A DNA stretch of 64,000 nt from Gammaproteobacteria bacterium (GCA_003645455.1 QNFE01000001.1:10359-74358); one strand, 5' to 3'; shown: positions 40,320-50,546, counted from the stretch's first letter. A program made the numbers and translations. Notes: generated by a model not told the origin, from the sequence alone.

Positions 40320-43300
40320 TTATTTATCCTCAATAATTTTTATTTTATCAATCTGTTGCATTATTTTATTTGTTTCAAAAAGCACATAAATAATTTTTTG
40401 ATAGTGAGTTATGTCTGTGTTTGATAACTCGTAATCTTGGTCTTTGCGAGATTTGAGCCATTTTTGTAAAGGCTGATAACCGCCGATAAAAAAATTCCAA
40501 GCGATAGATGGCACATTATCAAAATATTGATTTTTATTTATCCACACTTTTCCTGTGCCATCTTTTTCTTTGCTTTCTATAAAAGTATGTTTTTCTACTG
40601 TCGCATCTCCATCTCCTTTAAATGGACTTATTATATCCGTTAATTCTATATTTTCCATTAAATGCAACTTGCGAAGTGTTGCACCTTTTTCAATACATTG
40701 CCAAAATGTTTTTTTATCCGCAGGATATGGCACACGAGGGAAATCAATTTTTAAAAACTCTTGGTATTTCTTGCGGTATTTTGGTGAATGCAACACAGCA
40801 TAAATATAATCCAAAATATCAATCGGCGATAGGTAATTTTGAATTTTTTCTGCTTTAAATTCTAATTTTAAATTGTCTGCTATTTTTTCAACAATTTTCA
40901 TATCCAAGTTAGGTTTTCTACTCTTTTCTGTGAACATTCCATCTGATTCTTTGTCTGGGTAAAGATATAACGGACAAACATAATCTCCTCCTTGCATGCC
41001 AGGGCGAGACCAACTTCTAAAATCAATTATATTTGCAGAAACAAAACAAGGTGAAGCATTTTTCTCTACAAAACCTCTTTTAAAAACCAATCCAATATTT
41101 TCAGTTTTTAGAAAATGAGACATAACCTCGCCTCGTGGCATACACAAAAAACCTTTTGATTTTTTGGAATAATAAGTCCATCTATTATCAAATGGACGAT
41201 ATGATATTTTTGTTATTTTTTTAAAATCAACTCCTGTTTTAATTAAATCTTTTTTTGCATATGAAATTTTCCAGTCACGAACATCCTTGCCTAATTTAAA
41301 ATGCTCTCTTGCCTCCTCGTCATCTAATTTTAAAAATTTTTGAATAGTTTTTTTAACCTCATCTGCTGTTTTATGAATAGTAAAGTTATCACGAGCTGTT
41401 ACTATGCCAACAGAATTGATAGGAAATAAATCTGTCAAAACAAAACCTTTATCATATTCGGCTTGGGCTTGGTAATCTTTGGGTTTAAAAAAATAATAGG
41501 GTTCTTGTGGTTTTAATTTTTCAAATTGAATACTTGTCAAATCATTTTCTAATAAAAAACCATATTTTGCTTGGCGTTTTCCGTAGAGATCAAAATGAAA
41601 AACTTTGGCTAATTTATTTGATAAGTTTTTGTTTTTTGCTGACAAGGGGACATGTCCCCTTGCTAAACCATGTCGTTTTTTCTTGATGAAAATATTGATA
41701 CTGACCCCTTGCATAATATCAAATACATTTTGATCTTTTGTGCCATCAGGGCAGACTTCCTTTTTTTTACTGTTGCCGTGTAAATCTATGATATAAATTT
41801 TATCATAGGTTTTTAAGAGATTGTGCCTCATGCCACGAAAGGTGGGGTTATCTAAAAAGCCGTGAGGGTTGATGAAGGCTAAAATTCCTTCGCCATTTTT
41901 TTCTATTAAATTTTGTGAATATTTAATAAACTTTACATAATCATCGTTAAGCCATTTTGAATTTTTTTCTTGTAATTTGCCACCTGTTGGCTCTTTTTTA
42001 TAATCATCTAATAGGTTTTCTATCCATTTGCCTTTGTTTGATGATTCACCGGCATAAGGCGGATTGCCTAAGACAATCATAACAGGGGTGTCTTTTTTAA
42101 CTCTATCGGCGGCACGAGACTCATCAGATAACCATTTGGCTCCAAATAATGACAAACCAGCATATTCGTGTTCTGGCTCTAAACTATTCGTCAAAAATAC
42201 ATTAAAACGATTATTGTTTTTGTCGTCTTTTTGATAACCTGTTGTTTTTAATAACATTTGTAATTTAAGATGACACATAGCATAGGGGGCAAGCAGTAAT
42301 TCAAAGCCGTTTAATCTGGGAATTAAATCTTCATCAACATATTTATGCCAACCGCCGGAGTTCGTGGTTTTTATGATATCGGCGATATATTTTATCACCT
42401 CACATAAAAAAGTGCCTGTGCCGCAGGCAGGGTCTAAGATTTGCACTTTATGAACTTGTTTGGTTGTTTTGGTTTGAGTTTTAGGGTCGTCAAATTTTAT
42501 ATTAACCATGCTTGTGTCACAAATCCCATCGCTTATTTTAAAGTCTTTTTTTAAAACATCATCACAAGCTTTGATGATAAATTTAACAACAGGTTCCGGG
42601 GTATAATAAACTCCACGAGATTTTTTTAATTGGGGGTTATAATTATGCAAAAATGTTTCATAAAAATGAATCATCGGATCTTGTGTGGCAGTTTTTTTGC
42701 CAAAGTCTTGTAGGATATTAGATAAATTAGCATGACGGAAAATATCAACCAAAGCATCAACAATCCAGATAATTTCTGTGTCTAAATTTGCACCGCCAAC
42801 ATATTCAAACAAATGTCGTAAAAATGGATTAGTGCGAGGCATAAGCTCCATTGCCTCATATCTTGAAAATGATTGCGGTGTTTTGTCGTGTAATCTGGCA
42901 GCAAACAAACCATAAGTTATAGTCTGGGAATAAATATCAGCAAAACTTGCCTCATCTAAGTCTTTTATTAGTATTTTTTGAAAACTAGTAAATTGCTCAT
43001 AAAGATTAGTGTTTTTGCAATCATCGCCGCAGGTTAAAGCTTTGTAAATTGCATCTTTTAATGTTTGGGCTTTGAGTGCCATAAGCGAGGCTAATTTTTC
43101 GGCTGTGTTTATTGTTGTGCCGTTATAAGCACAAAAGTTTTTTAAAAGATTTATAAAAGGTGCAAAGTTATCATTGATGGGTTTTATTTTATTGTTGGTT
43201 ATCGTAGCAATTTGAATAGTTTCAAGTTTTTTGATTTTATTGTCATCAGTTTTTTGATAGAATCTAAATTCAATATAATTAGTTGTCATTACATTGTCAA

Positions 43301-43610
43301 GTCGGCTGACATATCGCAATAATTGATTGTTGTTGTCTCCTTTTTCTAAGCCATCTAATAGGTTGTTTTTTAAATCTTTGGCTTCAATATAAGCGGTTGG
43401 AACTTTGTTTTTATTCTGCACTAAAAAATCAGGAGCACCACATTTTTGTTGTTTTGGTTCGTTGGTTATTGTAATATCTTTGATAAGGTTTTCTATAAGA
43501 TTTTTAAAAGCTGGACGATAGCTGTGTTCGGTAGCCTTGCCACTTTGGAAAAGATCTGTTACATTTTTTAAATATTCTTTGATATATGTTATATGCTTAG
43601 GTGGCTTCAT
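40320..43610 (-). CDS. Single-chain restriction-modification enzyme of Type IIG/IIL (MmeI-like) architecture: N-terminal PD-(D/E)xK nuclease, gamma-class N6-adenine methyltransferase, C-terminal target-recognition domain
   Basis: 1096 aa. PD...EAK nuclease motif near aa 60 (GAPDF...YIEAKD). Methyltransferase motifs YYTPEP, DPACGTGTFL (motif I) and GNPPY (motif IV). C-terminal TRD-type signature 'YIYAVLHSPKYRKKYQEFLKIDFPRVP'. No helicase domain, so not Type I, III or ISP. Confidence 0.7.
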   Translation of the reverse strand: MKPPKHITYIKEYLKNVTDLFQSGKATEHSYRPAFKNLIENLIKDITITNEPKQQKCGAPDFLVQNKNKVPTAYIEAKDLKNNLLDGLEKGDNNNQLLRYVSRLDNVMTTNYIEFRFYQKTDDNKIKKLETIQIATITNNKIKPINDNFAPFINLLKNFCAYNGTTINTAEKLASLMALKAQTLKDAIYKALTCGDDCKNTNLYEQFTSFQKILIKDLDEASFADIYSQTITYGLFAARLHDKTPQSFSRYEAMELMPRTNPFLRHLFEYVGGANLDTEIIWIVDALVDIFRHANLSNILQDFGKKTATQDPMIHFYETFLHNYNPQLKKSRGVYYTPEPVVKFIIKACDDVLKKDFKISDGICDTSMVNIKFDDPKTQTKTTKQVHKVQILDPACGTGTFLCEVIKYIADIIKTTNSGGWHKYVDEDLIPRLNGFELLLAPYAMCHLKLQMLLKTTGYQKDDKNNNRFNVFLTNSLEPEHEYAGLSLFGAKWLSDESRAADRVKKDTPVMIVLGNPPYAGESSNKGKWIENLLDDYKKEPTGGKLQEKNSKWLNDDYVKFIKYSQNLIEKNGEGILAFINPHGFLDNPTFRGMRHNLLKTYDKIYIIDLHGNSKKKEVCPDGTKDQNVFDIMQGVSINIFIKKKRHGLARGHVPLSAKNKNLSNKLAKVFHFDLYGKRQAKYGFLLENDLTSIQFEKLKPQEPYYFFKPKDYQAQAEYDKGFVLTDLFPINSVGIVTARDNFTIHKTADEVKKTIQKFLKLDDEEAREHFKLGKDVRDWKISYAKKDLIKTGVDFKKITKISYRPFDNRWTYYSKKSKGFLCMPRGEVMSHFLKTENIGLVFKRGFVEKNASPCFVSANIIDFRSWSRPGMQGGDYVCPLYLYPDKESDGMFTEKSRKPNLDMKIVEKIADNLKLEFKAEKIQNYLSPIDILDYIYAVLHSPKYRKKYQEFLKIDFPRVPYPADKKTFWQCIEKGATLRKLHLMENIELTDIISPFKGDGDATVEKHTFIESKEKDGTGKVWINKNQYFDNVPSIAWNFFIGGYQPLQKWLKSRKDQDYELSNTDITHYQKIIYVLFETNKIMQQIDKIKIIEDK
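41643..41662. repeat. 20 bp perfect palindrome 'caaggggacatgtccccttg' inserted in-frame in the RM gene
   Basis: Encodes ...RH-GLARGHVPLS-AKNK... A GC-rich island in an AT-rich gene. It is a variant of the 22 bp palindrome at 44389 and 50525. Confidence 0.6.
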
Positions 43611-43999
43611 ATTTGCTGTTGTTGTAAGTCTGACACAATTTCGGCAATTTTAATAAAATCGTTATCATTGTGAACCAAGATTAAATCATTTTCAATGGCA
43701 CAACAGGCGATAAGGCAATCTATTGTGGAGCGAATTGTTATACCTTTTTGGCGGCATTTCATATAAATGTTGGCAGAGTTTTCATAACTTTTTAAATTAT
43801 CTTGCAATGAATAAAATTTTTGTTGATTTAGTATGTTTTTTAATTTGTTAAAAAGTGATGTGTTTTTTGCACCCTGTAAAACTTCCATATAAATTACACC
43901 AGTTATTGCAGTTTGTTTTTTTGCATATAATGTTTTTATAAAATCAGTAGAATTATTATTAAATAAATCAATCCAAATAGAAGTATCAATTAAATACAT
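43607..43999 (-). CDS. vapC: PIN-domain toxin (VapC family)
   Basis: N-terminal 'MYLIDTSIWIDLF' PIN signature with conserved acidic residues. 130 aa. Its stop overlaps the RM start codon as ATGA. Confidence 0.75.
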   Translation of the reverse strand: MYLIDTSIWIDLFNNNSTDFIKTLYAKKQTAITGVIYMEVLQGAKNTSLFNKLKNILNQQKFYSLQDNLKSYENSANIYMKCRQKGITIRSTIDCLIACCAIENDLILVHNDNDFIKIAEIVSDLQQQQI

Positions 44000-44012
44000 T
44001 TATGCAAAGGTT

Positions 44013-44267
44013 TTATTTATATTTTGGCAGAGAGCGGGAGCGCATTGCTTTATAATCGTAGCCTTCAAAAAATGGACTTTCTCCATCTAATGATTTTATG
44101 AGCCAATCTAAACCATTGTTTTTGTGATTTTCAATATATTCGTGCAAAGCTTTGTCAATTATCGCTCTTTTGCTTTTAAGTTTGCTTAATTTTAAAGCTT
44201 GTTGCACTATATTTTCATCCAAAACAACATTTGTGCGGTGTAGGGTTGGTAACATTTTAACTCTCAT
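44013..44267 (-). CDS. vapB: VapB-type antitoxin (ribbon-helix-helix, Rv0623-like)
   Basis: 'TNVVLDENIVQQALKLS...KRAIIDKALHEYIE' resembles RHH antitoxins. It lies 13 bp upstream of vapC. Confidence 0.6.
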   Translation of the reverse strand: MRVKMLPTLHRTNVVLDENIVQQALKLSKLKSKRAIIDKALHEYIENHKNNGLDWLIKSLDGESPFFEGYDYKAMRSRSLPKYK

Positions 44268-44388
44268 GTATTGAAAAATGTGTATAATAACATAAATTAT
44301 GTGTATATGTTATTTTTTAATGTTATAAATTCTCATTATATTTTGGATAATATTTATTAAACTGGCAACAACAAACATTTCTGTATTG

Positions 44389-44410
44389 ACAAGGGGGCAT
44401 GCCCCCTTGT
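44389..44410. repeat. 22 bp perfect palindrome 'acaagggggcatgcccccttgt' (intergenic, upstream of vapB)
   Basis: Perfect palindrome centred on GCATGC. An identical 22-mer occurs at 50525-50546. Confidence 0.65.
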
Positions 44411-44543
44411 TAGTTCTTGTGTCCGATTGAAGACATGTATTTTTAACTGCCGAGTTAATATATAACTCAATCATAAAGCATTCTCATCTAATGTTTTATT
44501 TTGCTGTTGCTTGGTTTGATATTTTAAAATAATATATTCCAAA

Positions 44544-44933
44544 TTATCCCATATCAAGTATAATTTTAAAATTTTGTTGTTGCCATAACTGCTTGGCGTA
44601 ACCTTTTTTAAAAGCGATCAGTTTTTCTTTTGCATTACGAGAGTGGGCATAATTAGGAAAGGTGCTGTTGTCAAGTCCTTGTCCATATTTTTGATTCAAA
44701 CGAGAGGAATAATCAAAGTAAGTTAACCAATTTGCAGGTTTTATCATTGTTTCAACGGCTATTATTATATTATCTTTTGTGTCAATTTTTATGTTTTTAT
44801 CGGTTATTTTGTTGGTATTTTGTGTCATTCCACCCAAACAATATTTGTTAAAAACTAATTTAATGCAGTCATCAGCAATTAAAGAATTGTGAAAATTTAA
44901 TAACAATAAAAATATTAGAATTTTTAATTTCAT
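44544..44933 (-). CDS. Hypothetical secreted protein
   Basis: 129 aa with an N-terminal signal peptide. No recognisable motifs. Confidence 0.35.
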   Translation of the reverse strand: MKLKILIFLLLLNFHNSLIADDCIKLVFNKYCLGGMTQNTNKITDKNIKIDTKDNIIIAVETMIKPANWLTYFDYSSRLNQKYGQGLDNSTFPNYAHSRNAKEKLIAFKKGYAKQLWQQQNFKIILDMG

Positions 44934-44964
44934 AGGAACAATTTATGCGAAAAATTTGCTATGT

Positions 44965-46263
44965 TTATTGAGTTATAATCTCAGGACCCATCAAAGCATT
45001 AGGAATAAATGTTGAAATAGCAGGAACATAAGTCACTATTATCAAAAATATAATTAAAATCATCAGCCACGGCAAAGCCGCATGAATTACCTGTTCCATC
45101 GGCATTCCTGTGATGCCCGAGGTTACAAATAGATTCAGCCCCACAGGCGGCGTTATCATCCCTATCTCCATATTAACAACCATAATAATCCCCAGATGAA
45201 TGGGGTCAATACCAAGTTTCATGGCAATAGGGAATAAAATCGGTGCCATAATCAATAAAATTGCCGAAGGCTCCATAAAGTTGCCGGCAATTAGCAGCAA
45301 AATATTAACAATAATTAAAAATCCCCATACTGGCAAACCAAGACCAATAATCATCGTTGCTATTTCGTGCGGAATACGTTCGGTCGTTAAAACATGAGCG
45401 AATAACATTGCATTGGCTATAATAAACATTAACATTATGGAGGTTTTGCCAGCGGAGAGCAGAACATCTGGCACCTGAGTTATTTTGAGGTCTTTGTAAC
45501 CATATACAGCCACCAAAAAAGCATAAACAGCCGAGACTGCGGCGGCCTCTGTGGGAGTAAAAATTCCACCATAAATCCCGCCCATTATGATGACAATTAA
45601 AAATAAACCACCTGATGCTATGGCCGCTGATTTGCCCCATTTCATAAAACCTTGGAATTTTTTACTGGGGATATTAAGTTTTCTTGCCCGAAAATAAATG
45701 GCAACCATTAACATCAAACCTGCAATTAAACCCGGGATAATGCCTGCGAGAAACATTCTGCCAACTGAAACATCGGTCGCTGCGGCATACACCACCATAA
45801 CGATTGATGGCGGAATTAAGATTCCCAACGTTCCTGCATTTGAGATAACACCTGCGGCAAATTTTTGGGGATAACCCTCACGCACCATGCCCGCTATAAC
45901 AATCGAACCTATCGCTACCACTGTGGCAGGAGATGAGCCTGAGACTGCGGCGAATAACATACAGGCCATAACAGATGCCATAGCGAGCCCACCTCGGATA
46001 TGCCCTACGGTATCAACGGCAAAATCTATCATTCTGCGGGCGACACCTCCTGTTGATAAAAAAGCGGAAGCTAATATAAAAAATGGGATTGCCATCAAAG
46101 TATAATGATCGGTTGTGGAGAAAATTTTGCCTGCCAGCGAGGCAAGCGAATCTGTGCCGAAAAATAAAATAGTTAAAGTGCTGGCTAAACCTAATGAGAA
46201 TGAGATCGGCATCCCAATTAACATAAAAGCGAATAACATCACAAATAAAGCGGTTATAACCAT
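44965..46263 (-). CDS. dctM: TRAP transporter large permease subunit
   Basis: 432 aa, about 12 transmembrane segments, DctM family. Last gene of a P-Q-M operon. Confidence 0.85.
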   Translation of the reverse strand: MVITALFVMLFAFMLIGMPISFSLGLASTLTILFFGTDSLASLAGKIFSTTDHYTLMAIPFFILASAFLSTGGVARRMIDFAVDTVGHIRGGLAMASVMACMLFAAVSGSSPATVVAIGSIVIAGMVREGYPQKFAAGVISNAGTLGILIPPSIVMVVYAAATDVSVGRMFLAGIIPGLIAGLMLMVAIYFRARKLNIPSKKFQGFMKWGKSAAIASGGLFLIVIIMGGIYGGIFTPTEAAAVSAVYAFLVAVYGYKDLKITQVPDVLLSAGKTSIMLMFIIANAMLFAHVLTTERIPHEIATMIIGLGLPVWGFLIIVNILLLIAGNFMEPSAILLIMAPILFPIAMKLGIDPIHLGIIMVVNMEIGMITPPVGLNLFVTSGITGMPMEQVIHAALPWLMILIIFLIIVTYVPAISTFIPNALMGPEIITQ

Positions 46264-46267
46264 ATTT

Positions 46268-46813
46268 TTAATCCTTTAATGTATCTAATGCTTCCTTGAC
46301 TTCTGTTGCTACATGCATTGAATATTGATTTTTTTTGTAAATTTGCACCCCAACTTGAATTAAACGAAATAAGATAAGGGCAAAACCTATGGGTAGAATA
46401 ATTTTTAACTTCCATTCGCTGATGGGTAAGTCTTCGGCTTCAATCCCCATCTGATATAGTGTAGAAATATATTGATATGAACCGATAAATAAAATTATAG
46501 CAAATACAGAGCAGAGAGATACTGATAATAAGCCTAAAATCTGTTGAGTTTTTTTTGAAAATTGTTTTGCTAACATATCTATGCCGATATGAGCACCGAT
46601 CTTAACGCAATATGATGCCCCAAATAGAATTAACCAAGCAAATAAAAAAGTAGTAAGTTCCAAAGCCCAGACGGCTCCTGCGTTAAATATATATCGTGAT
46701 ACTACCTGTGAAAATGTTACAAGAGTCATCGCCGCCAATAAAGCGGCGATAAACATCTCTTCAAACTTGTTTAAAAATTTTTCAAACATATCTTTGAGTT
46801 TTACTTGTTGCAA
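46268..46813 (-). CDS. dctQ: TRAP transporter small permease subunit
   Basis: 181 aa with four transmembrane segments, between dctP and dctM. Confidence 0.75.
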   Translation of the reverse strand: MQQVKLKDMFEKFLNKFEEMFIAALLAAMTLVTFSQVVSRYIFNAGAVWALELTTFLFAWLILFGASYCVKIGAHIGIDMLAKQFSKKTQQILGLLSVSLCSVFAIILFIGSYQYISTLYQMGIEAEDLPISEWKLKIILPIGFALILFRLIQVGVQIYKKNQYSMHVATEVKEALDTLKD

Positions 46814-47787
46814 GCAACAGCGGCAGCGATTGAATCTTTGCCAATCTCGCCTTCAAACTTGGTCCATACAGGAGCCATAGCTTGGCGCCACTTATCAAGT
46901 TGTGCCTCAGATAAAGATATAACGGCAGCTTTGCCAGCTTTGGTGATTTTAGCCTTATCAGCATCTGCTTTTTCCAATGCCCAAGCGGTCACTTTCAAGG
47001 TCACTTCTTTTAAGATTTTCTCTAATTCTGTGCGAATATCCGCAGGCAAACCTTTCCAAAATTTAGTGTTGGTGACTACCAGATATTCTAAAACACCATG
47101 ATTTGATTCAGAGATAGTATGTTGAACTTCAAAGAATTTTTTGGTATAAATATTAGACCAAGTGTTTTCTTGTCCGTCAATAACCCCTGTTTGTAAACCA
47201 TTATAAACCTCAGAGAATGACATTTTTTGTGGGTTAGCATCAACTGCTTCAAATTGAGCGGCGAGAACATCAGATGACATAATGCGAAACTTCAAGCCTT
47301 TTGCATCAGCAGGAGTCTTTAAAGGTTTGTTGGCGGATAGTTGTTTCATACCATTTAACCAATAAGCAAGACCTGTAAAACCCTTGTCTTCAATAGCAGT
47401 TAAAAGTTTTGATCCGGTATCGCCACCTGTAAAACATGCCAAAGATTTGGTATCTTTGAATAAAAATGGTAAATCAAATACACCATATTTTTTAGTATAT
47501 TTACCAAATTTTGACAAAGATGGAGCTGCCATTTGCACATCTCCCAAAGCTAAGGCTTTTAAAACTGCTTTGTCATTATAAAGTTGTGAGTTAGGGAACA
47601 CCTCAACTTTAACTTTGCCTTTTAATCTCTCTGAGACTAATTTTTTAAACAACTCAGCCCCTTTGCCTTTTGGTGTATCAGCTGATACAACATGCGAGAA
47701 TTTAATTAAAATCTCTTTGGCTTGCGCGGAAACACTAAGGCTCAAACCTAAGATAAGCAACAACGGAACAATAAATTTTCTGTTCAT
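46801..47787 (-). CDS. dctP: TRAP transporter substrate-binding protein (DctP family)
   Basis: Signal peptide followed by a DctP-type periplasmic binding fold. 328 aa. Confidence 0.85.
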   Translation of the reverse strand: MNRKFIVPLLLILGLSLSVSAQAKEILIKFSHVVSADTPKGKGAELFKKLVSERLKGKVKVEVFPNSQLYNDKAVLKALALGDVQMAAPSLSKFGKYTKKYGVFDLPFLFKDTKSLACFTGGDTGSKLLTAIEDKGFTGLAYWLNGMKQLSANKPLKTPADAKGLKFRIMSSDVLAAQFEAVDANPQKMSFSEVYNGLQTGVIDGQENTWSNIYTKKFFEVQHTISESNHGVLEYLVVTNTKFWKGLPADIRTELEKILKEVTLKVTAWALEKADADKAKITKAGKAAVISLSEAQLDKWRQAMAPVWTKFEGEIGKDSIAAAVACNK

Positions 47788-48050
47788 ATAAAATTACCTT
47801 TAAAAAAATAAAAAAAATACTATTTCATTAAAAAACAGTGAAATAGATGAGTTATTATCAGTATATACAAAATAACATAAATAGCGATTATCTAATAGAT
47901 AAAAATAATTTAGCAATTATTACATAACATTTTTTAAATTGCAAAAAAAAAATGAATAAAAATAAAAAAATAACATATACTATTGCATGATTTATTTGTA
48001 ATGTTCGTTTTACTTTTCTTTTTTTATAATAAAATACAAGGATTGTTGTT

Positions 48051-48434
48051 ATGATAAAAACCGATAAACCAGTTTATTTGGATATGTTACATATCAAATT
48101 GCCCATAGCTGGTATAACCTCCATTTTGCACCGGATAAGTGGTTTGATATTATCACTATCAATGGTTTTATTTGTGGCAATTTTTGCTATTTTAATCTCA
48201 AATCAGAACAATTTTAATTTTATCCAAGAGTCATTATTCCCCAATTTGTTTTTTAAATTGATTTTGGTTGTGTTGTTATGGTCTTTTTTACATCACTTTT
48301 TTGCTGGAATTAGATTTTTATTGTTAGATTTTGATATAGGGATAGACAAAAAAAGTGGAACAATAACTGCCATAATTTTATTTTTGTTAAGTATTTTTTC
48401 ACTTATTTTTTCCGTTTGGTTTTTTATATTATGA
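48051..48434 (+). CDS. sdhC: Succinate dehydrogenase cytochrome b556 subunit
   Basis: 127 aa, three transmembrane segments, first gene of sdhCDAB. Confidence 0.8.
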   Translation: MIKTDKPVYLDMLHIKLPIAGITSILHRISGLILSLSMVLFVAIFAILISNQNNFNFIQESLFPNLFFKLILVVLLWSFLHHFFAGIRFLLLDFDIGIDKKSGTITAIILFLLSIFSLIFSVWFFIL

Positions 48435-48757
48435 TAGCAAGATTAACAGGTTTAAAAGCTTGGGTTCACCAAAGAATAAGTGCGGTTTTTTTAATGCTGG
48501 TTATGCCATATCTAATTTGGCAAATTTGGATAAATATAACAGATTATCAAAGTTTACAAATATTTGTCTCATCAATATTTAATCAGATTTTGTTAGTGAT
48601 AACAGCAATTTTTCTGCTAATCCATAGTTGGGTTGGCTTGCGAGATATTTTGTTGGATTACATTTGGAACGATAAAATATTAACTTTTTTATTGTCTTTT
48701 GTAGCCACAGGTCTGTTGGTTATTTTCATCTGGTTTTTAACTCTTTTATTTTTTTAA
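48416..48757 (+). CDS. sdhD: Succinate dehydrogenase hydrophobic membrane anchor subunit
   Basis: 113 aa, three transmembrane segments, between sdhC and sdhA. Confidence 0.75.
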   Translation: MVFYIMIARLTGLKAWVHQRISAVFLMLVMPYLIWQIWINITDYQSLQIFVSSIFNQILLVITAIFLLIHSWVGLRDILLDYIWNDKILTFLLSFVATGLLVIFIWFLTLLFF

Positions 48758-48760
48758 AAA

Positions 48761-50524
48761 ATGGCAAATTCAACAAAATTAAAAACTCACAAATTTGATG
48801 CGATTATTATCGGTGCCGGAGGAGCGGGTTTAAAAGCCGCTTTGCAAATTGGCAAATCAGGGGCAAAGGTTGCTGTTATCTCAAAAGTATATCCCACTCG
48901 CTCTCATACTGTATCCGCCCAAGGTGGCATAAATGCGGCTTTGGCAAATGTTAGTGAGGATAACTGGCACTGGCATATGTATGACACCATCAAAGGATCA
49001 GACTGGCTCGCCGACCAAGATGCCGTGGAATATATGTGTCAAAAAGCACGCGAGACGGTGATAGACTTAGAACATAACGGTGTGCCATTTTCAAGGCTTG
49101 ATGATGGCAAAATATATCAGCGAAAATTTGGCGGACAAAGCCAGAATTTTGGCAAAACCCAAGCGACACGAACCTGTGCTGCCGCCGACCGGACAGGACA
49201 TGCAATTTTGCATTCTTTATATCAACAAAACATAAGATATAAAACTCACTTTTTTGATGAATATTTTTGCATTGATTTATTAAAAGATAAAACAGGGGCG
49301 ATAGCAGGGGTTATGGTGTTATCAATGGCAACAGGCGAACCTTTGATAATTCAAGCAAAAGCGACAATAATTGCCACAGGAGGTGCAGGGCAAATTTTCA
49401 ACACCACGACAAATGCCACAGTTAATACAGGGGACGGATTAGCCATGGCATTGCGTGCGGATATTGCTTTGGAGGATATGGAATTTTTTCAATTTCATCC
49501 CACCGGTATCGCAGGCAAGGGGATGTTATTATCAGAGGGCGCAAGGGGTGAGGGCGGATATTTATTAAATGGCAAAGGCGAGAGATTTATGGAAAAATAT
49601 GCGCCGAATGTCAAAGATCTCGCCAGCCGTGATGTTGTTAGTCGCTCGATATATTTGGAAGTCAAAGAGGGTAGAGGCTGTGGTAAAAACAAGGATCATG
49701 TTTTGTTGCAGGTTCATCATATAGGAGCAGACAAGGTTAAAAAAAGATTGCCAGCCATCCGTGATTTAGCGTTGAGTTTTACCGGGCTTGATATGGCATA
49801 TGAGGCAATTCCGGTTTATCCGACCGCTCACTACACAATGGGTGGCATTCCTACTAATAAATATGGCGAGGTAGTGGATGACAAGCACCAAAGCATAACA
49901 GGCATATATGCAATCGGCGAGTGTGCTTGTGTTTCAGTCCATGGAGCAAATCGTCTGGGGGGCAACTCATTATTAGATATAGTTGTATTTGGCAAAATAG
50001 CAGGTGAGCATTGTATAGAATTTTTAAAAACAAAACCACAACACAAAAAATTAGACGATAAGATATTACAAAAAATTGAAAAAAGGTTTTGGAGTTGGGA
50101 TAATAATGATGGCATCGAAGATGTGTATCAACTAAAAACCGAATTAAAAGAGACAATGGATAAATATTGTAGTGTTTTTCGCACCCAGAAAATTCTGGAT
50201 GAAGGTGTAGAAGAGGTTAAAAAAATAAGCGAGAGATTTAAAAATGTCAAATTATCTGATAGATCAAAAACTTTTAATATTGCCAGAATTGATATTTTTG
50301 AAACTGAAAATTTAATTCAAAATGCCTTGGCGACAATCATATCTGCCGCCGCACGCCATGAAAGCCGTGGTGCTCACAGTCGCGTAGATTATCCAGAACG
50401 AGATGATAAAAATTGGTTAAAACATAGCCTATTTTATCTCAAAGATTTATCCTTAAAATACAAAGATGTCAATATGAAACCTGTAAGTGTTGATAGTATT
50501 CCACCAAAAAAGAGGGTGTATTAA
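48761..50524 (+). CDS. sdhA: Succinate dehydrogenase flavoprotein subunit
   Basis: FAD-binding N-terminus ([12 protein letters not shown]) and the conserved covalent-flavin histidine context ([10 protein letters not shown]). 587 aa. Confidence 0.92.
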   Translation: MANSTKLKTHKFDAIIIGAGGAGLKAALQIGKSGAKVAVISKVYPTRSHTVSAQGGINAALANVSEDNWHWHMYDTIKGSDWLADQDAVEYMCQKARETVIDLEHNGVPFSRLDDGKIYQRKFGGQSQNFGKTQATRTCAAADRTGHAILHSLYQQNIRYKTHFFDEYFCIDLLKDKTGAIAGVMVLSMATGEPLIIQAKATIIATGGAGQIFNTTTNATVNTGDGLAMALRADIALEDMEFFQFHPTGIAGKGMLLSEGARGEGGYLLNGKGERFMEKYAPNVKDLASRDVVSRSIYLEVKEGRGCGKNKDHVLLQVHHIGADKVKKRLPAIRDLALSFTGLDMAYEAIPVYPTAHYTMGGIPTNKYGEVVDDKHQSITGIYAIGECACVSVHGANRLGGNSLLDIVVFGKIAGEHCIEFLKTKPQHKKLDDKILQKIEKRFWSWDNNDGIEDVYQLKTELKETMDKYCSVFRTQKILDEGVEEVKKISERFKNVKLSDRSKTFNIARIDIFETENLIQNALATIISAAARHESRGAHSRVDYPERDDKNWLKHSLFYLKDLSLKYKDVNMKPVSVDSIPPKKRVY

Positions 50525-50546
50525 ACAAGGGGGCATGCCCCCTTGT
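50525..50546. repeat. 22 bp perfect palindrome 'acaagggggcatgcccccttgt' in the sdhA-sdhB spacer
   Basis: Identical to the 22-mer at 44389-44410. It begins 1 bp after the sdhA stop. Confidence 0.65.

Noticed and set aside
46782-46964. 60 aa ORF at the dctP/dctQ junction
   Set aside because: It overlaps the 3' end of dctP and the start of dctQ on the same strand in another frame, and nothing supports it.
41643-50546. GC palindromes as Rho-independent terminators
   Set aside because: None is followed by a T-tract. One lies in-frame inside a CDS and another between sdhA and sdhB within an operon. I treat them as a REP-like repeat family.
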